NCBI GenBank assembly: GCA_963754925.1
Contig: CAVWHX010000007.1
Location: 224,001-288,000 of the forward strand
DNA length: 64,000 nucleotides
Direction of reading: 5' to 3'
Source: an uncultured delta proteobacterium
GTDB lineage: Bacteria > Myxococcota > B64-G9
Both the position numbers and the translations under genes were made by a program. This document shows positions 1 to 9,758 of the stretch, piece by piece (the first letter of the stretch is position 1; every line of letters starts with the position of its first letter). The notes below the pieces were generated by a model. The model worked only from the letters and a program-made list of their open reading frames with translations, did no database searches and was not told the DNA's origin.

Positions 1-278
1 AACGGCAAATTTCGAGATGAATGTCTCAATCAACATTGGTTTATAAATCTACAAGATGCTCGTAATAAAATCGAATCATGGCGGATGGATTACAATCATG
101 TGCGGCCACACAGCTCGCTGGGACAGGAGACACCGGCGGAGTTCGCGCGACAGTTTTCAGAGCTTCGGTCGCCTCCGGCTCCCTTCGCTCTGAAAACTGT
201 TGTTGCTATGGATAAAGGAACGATGGTTAACCATGAACAACTCTCATAGAGAGTGGTCCTATGAACGGGGGCACGTCA
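1..278 (+). mobile_element. IS3-family element, 3' end (orfB C-terminus 1..249 and terminal IR), partial at window edge
   Basis: Frame 1 reads NGKFRDECLNQHWF...YNHVRPHSSLG (rve integrase core). It ends in ATGAACGGGGGCACGTCA and is nearly identical to the reverse complement of 50785-51062. Confidence 0.95.
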
Positions 279-300
279 GCTGTGGTATCAACCGTTCGTT

Positions 301-1104
301 TTGGCCAAGGAAGACACGAGCGATAACAGTCGATCAGACAATAATATGCAGTTGGCTCAGGCTAGTGAACCCCAACCACAGCCGGTGCAACCGCCTTCTC
401 CTGCACCGACGAATTTGCCTCCCCCGCCACCAGCAGAAGTCTCCGCTCCTCCATCGGGCGAGCCGGAGGCCGCGGAGCAGCAGGTTGCTCCCACGGGCCA
501 GTGGGTTTACACGGACCAATATGGATGGGTCTGGATGCCTTACGGAGATGCGTACACCTATGTACCACCGAGCGGAGCTGTGCCAGATATGTATGTTTAC
601 TATCCAACCGTCGGTTGGTCCTGGGTGGTTGCGCCTTGGTTGTGGGGTTTCGGACCCATGCCGTTCTTCGGCATTTACGGCCCATGGCACTTCGGTTGGT
701 ATGGCCATGGTTACGGTCACTGGTACGGCTTCGCGGGCCACTACGGCAATGCTGGATGGGGCGGACATGGCTACTGGCACAGTGGGCAGTGGCACGGCTA
801 CAGCAGTTTCTCGCCTGGTCACTCAGTGTCACCACACCAAGGTGGTTACGGCGTATCTCCTCGGTCTGGGTACCGGGCGCCTGCCACACATGGTTTTGCA
901 ATGCCCCAAAGAGGATTCGCCGGTAGAAGCAATTTCAGCAGCCATAGCGGGCATAGCTATGGCATTTCACGGGGAGGATTCTCTGGCGGAGGCAGTTTCA
1001 GCGGCCATGGTGGACATAGTTTTACTGCGTCCCGTGGCGGATCCTCCGGTGGAGGCAGCCACGGTGGTCACAGTGGAGGTGGCCACGGTGGACATGGGAG
1101 ATAG
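301..1104 (+). CDS. Secreted Pro/Gly/Tyr/Trp-rich protein (GQWVYTDQYGWVW motif) with a Gly/His-rich tail; 5' end probably removed by the IS
   Basis: Paralog of 60473..61192. The frame extends back to the IS end as LWYQPFVLA, which resembles the end of a signal peptide. Confidence 0.7.
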   Translation: MAKEDTSDNSRSDNNMQLAQASEPQPQPVQPPSPAPTNLPPPPPAEVSAPPSGEPEAAEQQVAPTGQWVYTDQYGWVWMPYGDAYTYVPPSGAVPDMYVYYPTVGWSWVVAPWLWGFGPMPFFGIYGPWHFGWYGHGYGHWYGFAGHYGNAGWGGHGYWHSGQWHGYSSFSPGHSVSPHQGGYGVSPRSGYRAPATHGFAMPQRGFAGRSNFSSHSGHSYGISRGGFSGGGSFSGHGGHSFTASRGGSSGGGSHGGHSGGGHGGHGR

Positions 1105-1110
1105 AACTTT

Positions 1111-1210
1111 TCATCTTTTCCAACATCCAGGATTGTGAGTTCACCATTTCACACTTACCGTGGGTTTGGTTGACCTGTTTTTTCTCTTGGATTTGGGTTG
1201 GGGAGGGGCA
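1111..1210 (+). repeat. ~235-bp intergenic repeat, right portion only
   Basis: TCATCTTTTCCAACATCCAGGATTGTGAGTTCACC...GGGTTGGGGAGGGGCA, starting 6 bp after the stop at 1104. Confidence 0.9.
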
Positions 1211-1540
1211 GGACTTCGTCATCGCTACGAATGGAAAGCCGCCGCATAGGGCAAGTCTTGCAAAACGGTGTTCGTATGTAGCTCCAGACAATCATCAAGA
1301 AAACAATCAGTGAGCTGTTGGTTGGCCGAAAAAACGTGTGACAACAATTGACTCAAATTTGAGAGTCAATTAAGATAAGACCGGATTTCAGAAAGCTTTG
1401 TTGGAAATCATCAATACAAAGGGATTAAAAAATGCTTTTGAGTTTTCTAGAGTTAAACTTTACATTGCAAATTACATCGTCTCTTCGAACGCACGGCACC
1501 TGCTCAGGGAGTCGCGCTTCTGCTTTTTTCGGGCGCGCTA

Positions 1541-3064
1541 TTGGCTTCATCTTCTCAAGTTCGTTCAGAGGAAGGCAATACCCAGGCTGCCGACGGTGGG
1601 CGGTCCGAGCAGGCTGACGTCGCCAGGGACGTTGAAAATTCGGTCGTGAAGATCTTTTCCACAATGCGATTTCCGGATCCCGCAAGACCGTGGACCAAGC
1701 AGGCCCCTAAAGACATCACTGCGAGCGGCGTGGTCATTGCAGGCAATCGTATACTCACCAATGCTCACGTGGTGCTTTACGCGACGCAGGTCCAGGTTCA
1801 AACGAATCAGGGCGGGGACAAGATTCCTGCCTCCGTCGAAGCCGTAGCACCAGGCATCGACCTGGCAGTGCTCAAGCTCGATAACGAATCATTATTTGGT
1901 TCGCATCCCCCTCTCGCGTGCGCGAGCACCATCCCGGAGATCAGGGATCCCGTCATGGCATACGGCTTTCCGACCGGAGGCACGGGCCTGTTGATTACCA
2001 AGGGGATTGTCTCCCGGATCGAGTTCACCGGCTATAACTTCCCCGTCTTGGGCCTGCGGATCCAGATCGATGCGGCCATTAACCCCGGTAATAGCGGAGG
2101 CCCCGCGGTTGCCGGCGATACGATGATTGGCCTTGCCTTCAGCCACTTGGGGGGTGGGGCGCAGAATATCGGCTATATCATTCCCTGCGAAGAGATCGAC
2201 CTCTTTCTCAAGAATATCGCCACGGGACCGTATCACGGCAAACCGGCCCTCTTTGACCAACTGCAAACGCTGGAGAACCCGGCGCTGCGCTCCTTTCTCA
2301 AACTCAAGTCCTCGGTTGAAGGCATTGTCGTGCGAGAGCCCTTTTGCGACGATGCCTCTTGCCCCCTAAGGAAATGGGATGTCATCGTCAAGATCGGCGA
2401 TGTCCCGATCGACGATGAAGGAATGATTGGGCTAGGAAAGCGCCTGCGCGTGAATTTCCGCTACCTAGTCCAGAAGCTTGCCAAGGACGGCAAGGTCCCG
2501 CTGACCGTGGTGCGCGCAGGGAAGGAACTACCGGTGTTGGTGCCGGTCTCGCCGAAGTACCCGATGCTGATCCAAAACCTGGATGGTGCCTACCCGTCAT
2601 ACTTCATCTATGGCCCCCTCGTGTTCTCACCCGCCACGCGGGAGTTCGTTTCCGCCTTCAGCAGCGGCGCCGAGAGCTTTCTCCCTGCCTTCACCCTTAC
2701 GGGCAACCCGTTGGCAACCCGCTCCGGCGATCCGCCCGCATTCGGCGGCGAGGAGTTGGTTGTGGTGTCGTCCCCCTTTCTCCCACACAAGCTGGCGAAG
2801 GGTTACTCGAGCCCGATCACGCAGGTGGTGAAGACCATCAATGGGGTGCGGATCAAGAACCTGCGCCATCTGGTCGAGCTCCTTCGCGATACGCGCGATG
2901 AATTCATCGTCATCGAGTTCGCGCAAAAGCGCTTCAGCGAGTCGCTCGTCTTTTCGAGGAAGGACATGGTGGCTGCGACCAACGAGATTCTTAGCGATAA
3001 TGGAATCAGGTCGCAGGGGTCATCGGAAGTCATGGCCGTCTGGGGCGCTGGGCCATCCAACTGA
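1541..3064 (+). CDS. HtrA/DegP-like trypsin serine protease with PDZ domains
   Basis: LTNAHVV, IDLAVL and AAINPGNSGGP catalytic motifs. The start is uncertain, with a possible frameshifted signal peptide at the T-run near 1524-1529. Confidence 0.9.
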   Translation: MASSSQVRSEEGNTQAADGGRSEQADVARDVENSVVKIFSTMRFPDPARPWTKQAPKDITASGVVIAGNRILTNAHVVLYATQVQVQTNQGGDKIPASVEAVAPGIDLAVLKLDNESLFGSHPPLACASTIPEIRDPVMAYGFPTGGTGLLITKGIVSRIEFTGYNFPVLGLRIQIDAAINPGNSGGPAVAGDTMIGLAFSHLGGGAQNIGYIIPCEEIDLFLKNIATGPYHGKPALFDQLQTLENPALRSFLKLKSSVEGIVVREPFCDDASCPLRKWDVIVKIGDVPIDDEGMIGLGKRLRVNFRYLVQKLAKDGKVPLTVVRAGKELPVLVPVSPKYPMLIQNLDGAYPSYFIYGPLVFSPATREFVSAFSSGAESFLPAFTLTGNPLATRSGDPPAFGGEELVVVSSPFLPHKLAKGYSSPITQVVKTINGVRIKNLRHLVELLRDTRDEFIVIEFAQKRFSESLVFSRKDMVAATNEILSDNGIRSQGSSEVMAVWGAGPSN

Positions 3065-3093
3065 GAGGTCACGCACTCTTAGTCTATTGGAGC

Positions 3094-3328
3094 TGTCGTT
3101 CGCAAAACTCGTCTTTATTGAAGACAAATCATTTTTCACGTCACCTGCTCTACCCTACTCCAATCTGAAATCTTGCCAGACAGTTCTGGCTCGCGCAACT
3201 GGTTCGTCATGACCTATCCAGTCTTCAAGCTCATCTTTTACAATATGCAGGATCGTGATTCACCAAGTTACGTTTACCGTGGTTTGGTTGATTTGTTTTT
3301 TACCTCGGAGTTGGGTTGAGTAGGGGCA
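3094..3328 (+). repeat. ~235-bp intergenic repeat, full copy
   Basis: TGTCGTTCGCAAAACTCG...TCACCTGCTCTACCCTACTCC...GAAATCTTGCC...GTTGGGTTGAGTAGGGGCA. Confidence 0.9.
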
Positions 3329-3397
3329 TGGCAGGATAAACACTATAAACATTGACCCCAAGTCAATAGGTGGTTTATTCTCTTTATCCGTAGATAA

Positions 3398-5635
3398 ATG
3401 AAAGAATCCAATTCAACATTTCAAAATAGGTCGAGAATTCGTAACGCGACGAAATTTTTATTTTATGTTGCTGCAATTCTCGGTGCAGGTGGTGGTTGCG
3501 GCGGTGACACAACACAACAAGCATCCACATTGAGTGTGGATCAACAAATTTACGAACAAACAGAATTGAATAGGGGAACATTTTCTTTAACATGGGATAT
3601 GCCATACGGTGGCGGCAACCTGGTAAATGGAACCAATTACTTTTATTCGACCTCGACTGGAGGGTTGACCCAATCGCCACTTACCGCAGGTCCTCAGCGA
3701 GAAACCCCGGTAGTAAGATCTTTGGACGGCGCCCTGACGGTACCGACCTTGTCGACAACACGCTACGTGCACGCCGGGCAGGTATTCGTGAGATCGGTGA
3801 TTGCTGTGCGTAGAGTTAGTTATGTTGGCAACAGTATCATTATTGATTATTTTGCGGACGACGACCACACGGTGGTCCAAACAAGTCAATTTAACGATTT
3901 TAGCGAAATCCCACTTAGCGGCATTATAGGTAATGCGCCAGAAGAGTTAGATGCTGATTATCCCATTGTGGATTGGATTAGCGCTAACAATTTTGCTGCT
4001 AATGCGCGTTGGCAGACTGGTGCCCTTTACAATAAAAGGCACGGCGCTATCGTAGGGGATACCTACATCGTTCAGGACTGCACTAATAGTTCATCAGTGG
4101 TTCATACCACAACCGCAATGATAACACCTTGCCAAACCGGTGGCACGCTGGACAACTTCTTCCCGGTCATTCTATTGTCGAGCAATGATCATCCATCCGA
4201 AATTGATTTATCTACAGATGGCACTATCACGACGATACAAGGTGTACGTATGTGGGTTGCAAATTCTCCCATCCCTTTGGATTTGAGCGTAACGCAAAGC
4301 TATCGTATCTATTATGAGATGAACGGTAAGGTATACATGGGTATATTGGAGACGGACGGTACGCCTTTCCGATATGAGCAAGCAGACGGATCTGTGGTCG
4401 ACTATTACATCGGTTTTAACCAAGCTGCCGTCAATAGTATCCAGCAGGGGTTGATTACCGGCGCTGTTGTAGCCGGTTCACAGGCTGGCAGCTCTGCTGA
4501 AGTGACGACCGTTGATCTGTTCGGGATTGGGGGACACGGCGTCAACGGCGCGCTGGCACCGGCCGACCTTCTTGTGCACTACGGCATTCCTACCGATCTC
4601 AACGGCTCCGGACAAACTATTGCTATCGTTGATGCGCCGGGAACAGGCGATGTTGTCGATGATTTGAATGTATTTAGCCAGTACTACAACTTGCCTCAAT
4701 GCAATAACGCCAACCCGTGTTTCGAGCATATTGACCTATCAAACGGTGCCGCTGTCTCAGCTACCGATGATTGGGGTGCGGAGGTAGCTCTGGATACGCA
4801 GATGGTGCATGCGTTTGCACCGGATTCCAAGATCATTTTGGTCACGGCCAACAGCCAAAGTTCCAGCGACTTATTCAGTGCCATTAATTATGCGGCGGGA
4901 TTACCAGGCGTTACCGCTGTGACGATGAGTTTTTCATATTATAATGTTTCACAGACAGACACCCAAAATGAAAACAGCCTATTGTCTGGGTTCCAATCGA
5001 ATAATGGCCTAGTCTTTTTCGCGTCCAGTGGCGATGCTGGAAATTATAATTATTATGGGGTTAGTTACCCAGCTGAGTCTCCTTACATAACGGCGGTTGG
5101 GGGTACGCGCATAAATTCAGTGTCGTGGACTTCTCCCACGCAAAGCGAGGTGGCGTGGGAGTTTTCAGGGGGCGGATTCAGTTTACACACATCGATACCA
5201 AATTGGCAGTCGTCGTATCTCAGCAGCATCGCCTCGCCCATCATCGGCGGAATGCGCTTGCTGCCTGATGTTTCGGCGGTAGCCGATTACCAGCACAGCG
5301 CAATTGCAATTTATTACAAACAACATTGGGTATTGGCAGGAGGTACGAGCGCCAGTTCTCCGATATGGGCAGGTATCAGCGCTTTGTTTGCGCAATACTT
5401 GTCTAACAAAGGTCAATCGCTACCGGCATTGGTCGAAGCAACGCCGGGGGGATTTAACGGTCTAATCTACCAAACAAGAGTGACGCAAGGCACTAACGCT
5501 GGTTTCTATGATATCGTGTCCGGAACGAATAATCTGACGACCAACACTTGCAACGTCTGTACTGCCACAATTGGGTACGATGGCGTAACGGGCTTGGGCG
5601 TACCTAATGTTACAAAACTTTTCGCGAACTTTTGA
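3398..5635 (+). CDS. S53 (sedolisin/kumamolisin) family peptidase lipoprotein with a long uncharacterised N-terminal domain
   Basis: EVALDTQ, ASSGDAG and GGTSASSP motifs plus the GYDGVTGLG Ca-site. The N-terminus is lipobox-like (AGGGC). Confidence 0.85.
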   Translation: MKESNSTFQNRSRIRNATKFLFYVAAILGAGGGCGGDTTQQASTLSVDQQIYEQTELNRGTFSLTWDMPYGGGNLVNGTNYFYSTSTGGLTQSPLTAGPQRETPVVRSLDGALTVPTLSTTRYVHAGQVFVRSVIAVRRVSYVGNSIIIDYFADDDHTVVQTSQFNDFSEIPLSGIIGNAPEELDADYPIVDWISANNFAANARWQTGALYNKRHGAIVGDTYIVQDCTNSSSVVHTTTAMITPCQTGGTLDNFFPVILLSSNDHPSEIDLSTDGTITTIQGVRMWVANSPIPLDLSVTQSYRIYYEMNGKVYMGILETDGTPFRYEQADGSVVDYYIGFNQAAVNSIQQGLITGAVVAGSQAGSSAEVTTVDLFGIGGHGVNGALAPADLLVHYGIPTDLNGSGQTIAIVDAPGTGDVVDDLNVFSQYYNLPQCNNANPCFEHIDLSNGAAVSATDDWGAEVALDTQMVHAFAPDSKIILVTANSQSSSDLFSAINYAAGLPGVTAVTMSFSYYNVSQTDTQNENSLLSGFQSNNGLVFFASSGDAGNYNYYGVSYPAESPYITAVGGTRINSVSWTSPTQSEVAWEFSGGGFSLHTSIPNWQSSYLSSIASPIIGGMRLLPDVSAVADYQHSAIAIYYKQHWVLAGGTSASSPIWAGISALFAQYLSNKGQSLPALVEATPGGFNGLIYQTRVTQGTNAGFYDIVSGTNNLTTNTCNVCTATIGYDGVTGLGVPNVTKLFANF

Positions 5636-5639
5636 GGGC

Positions 5640-5875
5640 TGTTATTCGCCAAATTTCGCCCTTATTGAAAACAGATCATTTTTCATGTCACCTGCACTAC
5701 CCAACTCCCCATTGAAATCTCGCCAGGAATCTCCGCTCACGCGGCTTAGGTTGTTATGACATATCCAGTATTCAAGCTCATCTTTTCCAACATCCAGGAT
5801 GGTGAGTTCACCAATTTGCGCTTACCGTGGTTTGGTTGAGTTTGTTTACTCCCGGGTTTGTTTTGGCGAATGACA
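5640..5875 (+). repeat. ~235-bp intergenic repeat, full copy between convergent genes
   Basis: TGTTATTCGCCAAA...TTTTGGCGAATGACA (near-perfect terminal IR), 4 bp after the stop at 5635 and 11 bp from the stop at 5887. Confidence 0.92.
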
Positions 5876-5886
5876 CCCAGCCGATG

Positions 5887-6990
5887 TCATTTAGCGCCAG
5901 ATTTCCGTAGCAAGATAATTATTTTCTTATGGTCATTCTTTTCTGCAATTTTAAGTGGGGTAAAACCCATCGCCTCGATATAGGGATTTGCACCTTTTTC
6001 CAACAGCACCTTCACCACATCAAGATACCCTTGTTCGGCGGCAACAACGAGTGGCGTGGGACCGTCGGCAGCCTTGGCATCAATCGCAGCACCTTTCTCC
6101 AACAGTAGCTTCACCACTTCAAGATGTCCGTTCCCGGCGGCAAAAATGAGCGGCGTGGCACCTTTGTTGGTTCTGGCATCGACAGCAGCGCCTTTCTCCA
6201 GTAGTAGCTTCACCACTTCAAGATGCCCTTCCTGGGCGGCAGTTAATAGTGGCGTGAAACCGCCGTTTCTTTTAGCATCAACCGCAGCGCCTTTCTCCAG
6301 CAGTAGCTTCACCACCTCAAGATGTCCGTTCCCGGCGGCGATAAATAGTGATGTGTTGCCGTCGTTATCCTTGACATCAACCGCAGTACCTTTCTCCAAC
6401 AGTAGCTTCACTACTTCAACGTGCCCGTTCTGCGCGGCAATATGAAGTGGCGTATCGCCGTCCTTTTGCTTAGCATCAACTGCAGCGCCTTTCTCTAGGA
6501 GCAGCTTCGCCACTTCAAGATGTCCGTTCTGGGCTGAGATATGGAGCGGCGTGACATCGTCCTTTTGCTTGGTATCAACTGCAGCACCCTTCTCAAGTAG
6601 TAGCTTTACCACTCCAAGATATCCGTTCTGAGCGGAGATATAGAGCGGCGTCCATCCGTTATTAACCATCGCATCAACCGCAGCGCCTTTCTCCAGCAGT
6701 AGCTCCACCACCTCAAGATGTCCATTCCCGGCGGCGATAAAGAGTGATGTGTTAGCGTCGTTATCCTTGGCATCAACCATGGCCGGGTCGGCCTCAATCA
6801 GAGCGCGGACCTTTTGGATATCCCCCTGTTTCGCAGCATCGTGAATCGAGACCTGACTTGCACAACCCGCCAAACATAGGATTGCGAGGAATGAAGATGA
6901 AATGATCGCACTGATCGATAGGAGACCAGATGGTCCTGGCCGAGGCGTTTGTTCGGCTTTTTCGCACAATTGTTGGGCATTTGTGTTCAT
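5887..6990 (-). CDS. Ankyrin-repeat lipoprotein
   Basis: About 9 tandem 33-aa TPLxxAAxNGHLEVVKLLLEKGA repeats and a LAGC lipobox. Confidence 0.95.
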   Translation of the reverse strand: MNTNAQQLCEKAEQTPRPGPSGLLSISAIISSSFLAILCLAGCASQVSIHDAAKQGDIQKVRALIEADPAMVDAKDNDANTSLFIAAGNGHLEVVELLLEKGAAVDAMVNNGWTPLYISAQNGYLGVVKLLLEKGAAVDTKQKDDVTPLHISAQNGHLEVAKLLLEKGAAVDAKQKDGDTPLHIAAQNGHVEVVKLLLEKGTAVDVKDNDGNTSLFIAAGNGHLEVVKLLLEKGAAVDAKRNGGFTPLLTAAQEGHLEVVKLLLEKGAAVDARTNKGATPLIFAAGNGHLEVVKLLLEKGAAIDAKAADGPTPLVVAAEQGYLDVVKVLLEKGANPYIEAMGFTPLKIAEKNDHKKIIILLRKSGAK

Positions 6991-7053
6991 TGCTTTTGAT
7001 CCTTCAAATGTTTCGACATATTTTACAACGAAAACTTTTGTGATTGATGCAAT

Positions 7054-7150
7054 TCTTTTCCAACCTACAGGATTGCGAGTTGACCAATTTACACTTACCG
7101 TGGTTTTTGTTGACTTGGTTTTTCTATCGGATTTGGGTTGGCGAGGAACA
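7054..7150 (+). repeat. ~235-bp repeat, right portion (possible left-end remnant at ~7025-7047)
   Basis: TCTTTTCCAACCTACAGGATTGCGAG...GGATTTGGGTTGGCGAGGAACA. Confidence 0.85.
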
Positions 7151-7171
7151 GCCTTGTCTTCGGGTTTCAGG

Positions 7172-9259
7172 TCAGGGGAGGTCGCTGGCTGGAACCACCG
7201 GTAGCACCACGCTGGAAGGATAGGTCGGGCTATGGTAGATGGTGGTCACATTGCCCTTTGCTTTGGCAAGCTGTGGATTTGTCCAAACACCCTGCGCCTG
7301 ATTGCTGGAGCTGATGGCAATGCGCAGTATGTGCCCGGCGCGCACCAGAGCGGCCGCAGGGAATATCTCCACCGGCACCAGCATGGGCTCGCCCGGGATC
7401 ACCGGCAGCACCGAGGCTGCGGTGAAGGGGTGCCAGGGCTGTATCATGACGCCATTGATGTACCGTGAACGGGTCGTGTCAACTGCGCGATAGCTGGCGG
7501 CCTGCAGGCCGTCGGTCAGCGGCGTCACGTTGCCGGATAGATCGACGTCGTCGACGCGCACCGACAGCGCGGCTTCGGTCGCGGTGGTCGACATCCAGAT
7601 GTCCGCCTCGATGGGGCCGTTGATGTAGAGATCGGAGGCGAGCATGTCGGTCTGATACTGAATCGCATCTTGCGTCGCCTCGACCGTCTTATCGCTGCCA
7701 CTACAGCTGGACGACAACAGCAGGTCGAGCCCGAGCGACCACTGCAAGTCACTGATGGAGCAGTGGCTGCCGTCGTTGGGCGTGACCGTGGCCGTTACCA
7801 TGGATCCATCGCTGCTGACGCCGATGACGATGCTCGCCGGATTGGGCTCGCTGACCGTGTGGGTGGCCTCCGCCGTCACCGGGGCCGTCGTCGAAACGCT
7901 CAGGTTGCCGTGCAGGTACATCCGCACCGGCTTGGCCTGCGGATGCGGCCAATCGGTGGTGCTGGCGTAGCGGGGGATGCCGAACAGGCCATAGCCATCG
8001 ACATACTGCGTAACGGTGGGGAGTACGGCGGCGCCGGTGTTCATCCCCATCAGGTACTGGTCGAACCACTGAAGCAACAGCGCTTCGTTGCCGGGCGCGC
8101 CATTGGAGAGGCTATTGTTGGCGCCCAGCATCCCCTCGATGGCTGCGTCGACGTGGACTCCCGGCAAAATCACCAGCTTCGTGGTGACGTTGTGCTTCAG
8201 CTGCTCGAAGAGGAGGGGCTCGTCGCGCTGGAAAATGTCATGGGAGGCGCCGATGATGAAGGTCGGCACCCGAATATTGGCCGCCTTCTCCAGCGGGGAG
8301 CACACACTCCAAAAGCTGCCGTCATCGGTGGCGTAGCCGGTTTGGCCGGCTAGGGAATTGTTGACGAGCGGCAGATACCAATCATTGATGTCGGCGATAT
8401 GCAGCTTGTTCGCGGCGGCGATCTGCGTTGCATATTGCGGCCAGATGAGCTCCGCGGGGCCGTTCATAACGCTCAGCATCTGCGTCAAGGTCAACCAGTA
8501 ACCAATGAACAGGGCGTTGGGCATGCCGCCGGTGAAGACCGTGCCGCGGTAGGAATCGCCCATCGAAAGCTGCGCAAACACCGCCTTGACCGCGGGATTC
8601 TGCTGCTCGGCGGTGAGGAGGGAGGTAATGGACAGGTAGGAGGTGCCCGCCAGACCCAGATTGCCGTTGAACCATGGCTGCTGCGTGACCCAGTTGACGG
8701 TCTGCGCATAGGCTTGCTGCTCGGCGCCACCCAGCAATTGTTCCTCGCCCCCGGACATGCCGGAGCCGAGGACGTCCACCGCCACCGTGACGTAGCCGCG
8801 CTTGATCATGAAGTCGTCCCTGCCGCCGATTGCCATCGTGCCGGGAATCACCATGTCCATCACGTCAGCTTCATCGATGCGGTAGGCGGTCTGCGTCAGG
8901 ATCGCGGGAAACGTGCCGACCACGGGTTTGCCATTGGCGTCCGCCGGGACGGATACGAGCACGGCGAGCTGCTCGCCGGTCGTTAGCGTGATGAATTGCA
9001 GCGGCAATGTCACCACACCGGGATAGACTTCGGCGCGAGTGTAGTTGGTCCAGGTTGCGCCGGCGTTGCTGTAGTTCGGGGGGTTGAGCACATTGGTGCT
9101 GCCGCGCGTGCCCAGGGTGGTCGTCTGCCCCAGCGACGTGTCCGAACCATTACTAGCACCATCAGAAAGCGAATCGATTTGAACCCCGCACCCCGGCAGT
9201 AAAAAAACGAAGGCTATAGCACTGAATAATGGCACGGCACAATTAAGTCGGATATTCAT
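7172..9259 (-). CDS. CocE/NonD family (peptidase S15) hydrolase lipoprotein
   Basis: GYVTVAVDVLGSGMSGG, the GTSY nucleophile and a PepX_C-like C-terminus (LRIAISSSN...PSSVVLP). Confidence 0.9.
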   Translation of the reverse strand: MNIRLNCAVPLFSAIAFVFLLPGCGVQIDSLSDGASNGSDTSLGQTTTLGTRGSTNVLNPPNYSNAGATWTNYTRAEVYPGVVTLPLQFITLTTGEQLAVLVSVPADANGKPVVGTFPAILTQTAYRIDEADVMDMVIPGTMAIGGRDDFMIKRGYVTVAVDVLGSGMSGGEEQLLGGAEQQAYAQTVNWVTQQPWFNGNLGLAGTSYLSITSLLTAEQQNPAVKAVFAQLSMGDSYRGTVFTGGMPNALFIGYWLTLTQMLSVMNGPAELIWPQYATQIAAANKLHIADINDWYLPLVNNSLAGQTGYATDDGSFWSVCSPLEKAANIRVPTFIIGASHDIFQRDEPLLFEQLKHNVTTKLVILPGVHVDAAIEGMLGANNSLSNGAPGNEALLLQWFDQYLMGMNTGAAVLPTVTQYVDGYGLFGIPRYASTTDWPHPQAKPVRMYLHGNLSVSTTAPVTAEATHTVSEPNPASIVIGVSSDGSMVTATVTPNDGSHCSISDLQWSLGLDLLLSSSCSGSDKTVEATQDAIQYQTDMLASDLYINGPIEADIWMSTTATEAALSVRVDDVDLSGNVTPLTDGLQAASYRAVDTTRSRYINGVMIQPWHPFTAASVLPVIPGEPMLVPVEIFPAAALVRAGHILRIAISSSNQAQGVWTNPQLAKAKGNVTTIYHSPTYPSSVVLPVVPASDLP

Positions 9260-9526
9260 CTTCTTTTCCTTTCCGCTTGGTTTGGTGTTAATTTGGTGTT
9301 ATGGTGTATTTCTCCCCCTTCTCACGAGCCACGAGCTTGAATTCGATAATAATCCATATTCATGAACCGAATTTTTAACTCGATCCTTTAAGCATCAACT
9401 ATTTTGCAGATCAATTTTGCAGATCAATCTTCAGAAATCACACTAAAAGCCCGCCGTCAATGAAATAATAAATAAATATTGTAACAACTAATCTAAAAAT
9501 TAATATAGAATTCAATGCGTTTTGCC

Positions 9527-9758
9527 TGTTCTTCGCCAACAATAATCTTCATTGAAAACAAATCATTTTTCATAGCGCCTGCACTATCCTACTCCCCATT
9601 GAAATCTTGCCAGATATCTCCGCTCGCACCACTCTGTCGACATAACTTATTTCAGTCTTCAAGCTCATCTTTTCCAATATCCAGGATTGTGAGTTCACCA
9701 CGTTACGCTTAACGTGGTTTGGTTGAGTTGTTTTTTGTCTCGGAGTTGAGGAGGGGAA
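9527..9758 (+). repeat. ~235-bp intergenic repeat, full copy
   Basis: TGTTCTTCGCCAAC...GCGCCTGCACTATCCTACTCCCCATTGAAATCTTGCC...CGGAGTTGAGGAGGGGAA. Confidence 0.9.

Noticed and set aside
3094..3328. Repeat as a canonical integron attC
   Set aside because: No conserved RYYYAAC/GTTRRRY ends, too long, cargo on both strands and no intI in the window.
9515..9712. Recurrent small ORFs (SPALPYSTLKSC..., CPSPTQIQEKKQ...) as a protein family
   Set aside because: They are translations of the repeat, with inconsistent starts, stops and indels among copies. A remote transposase-remnant origin is not excluded.
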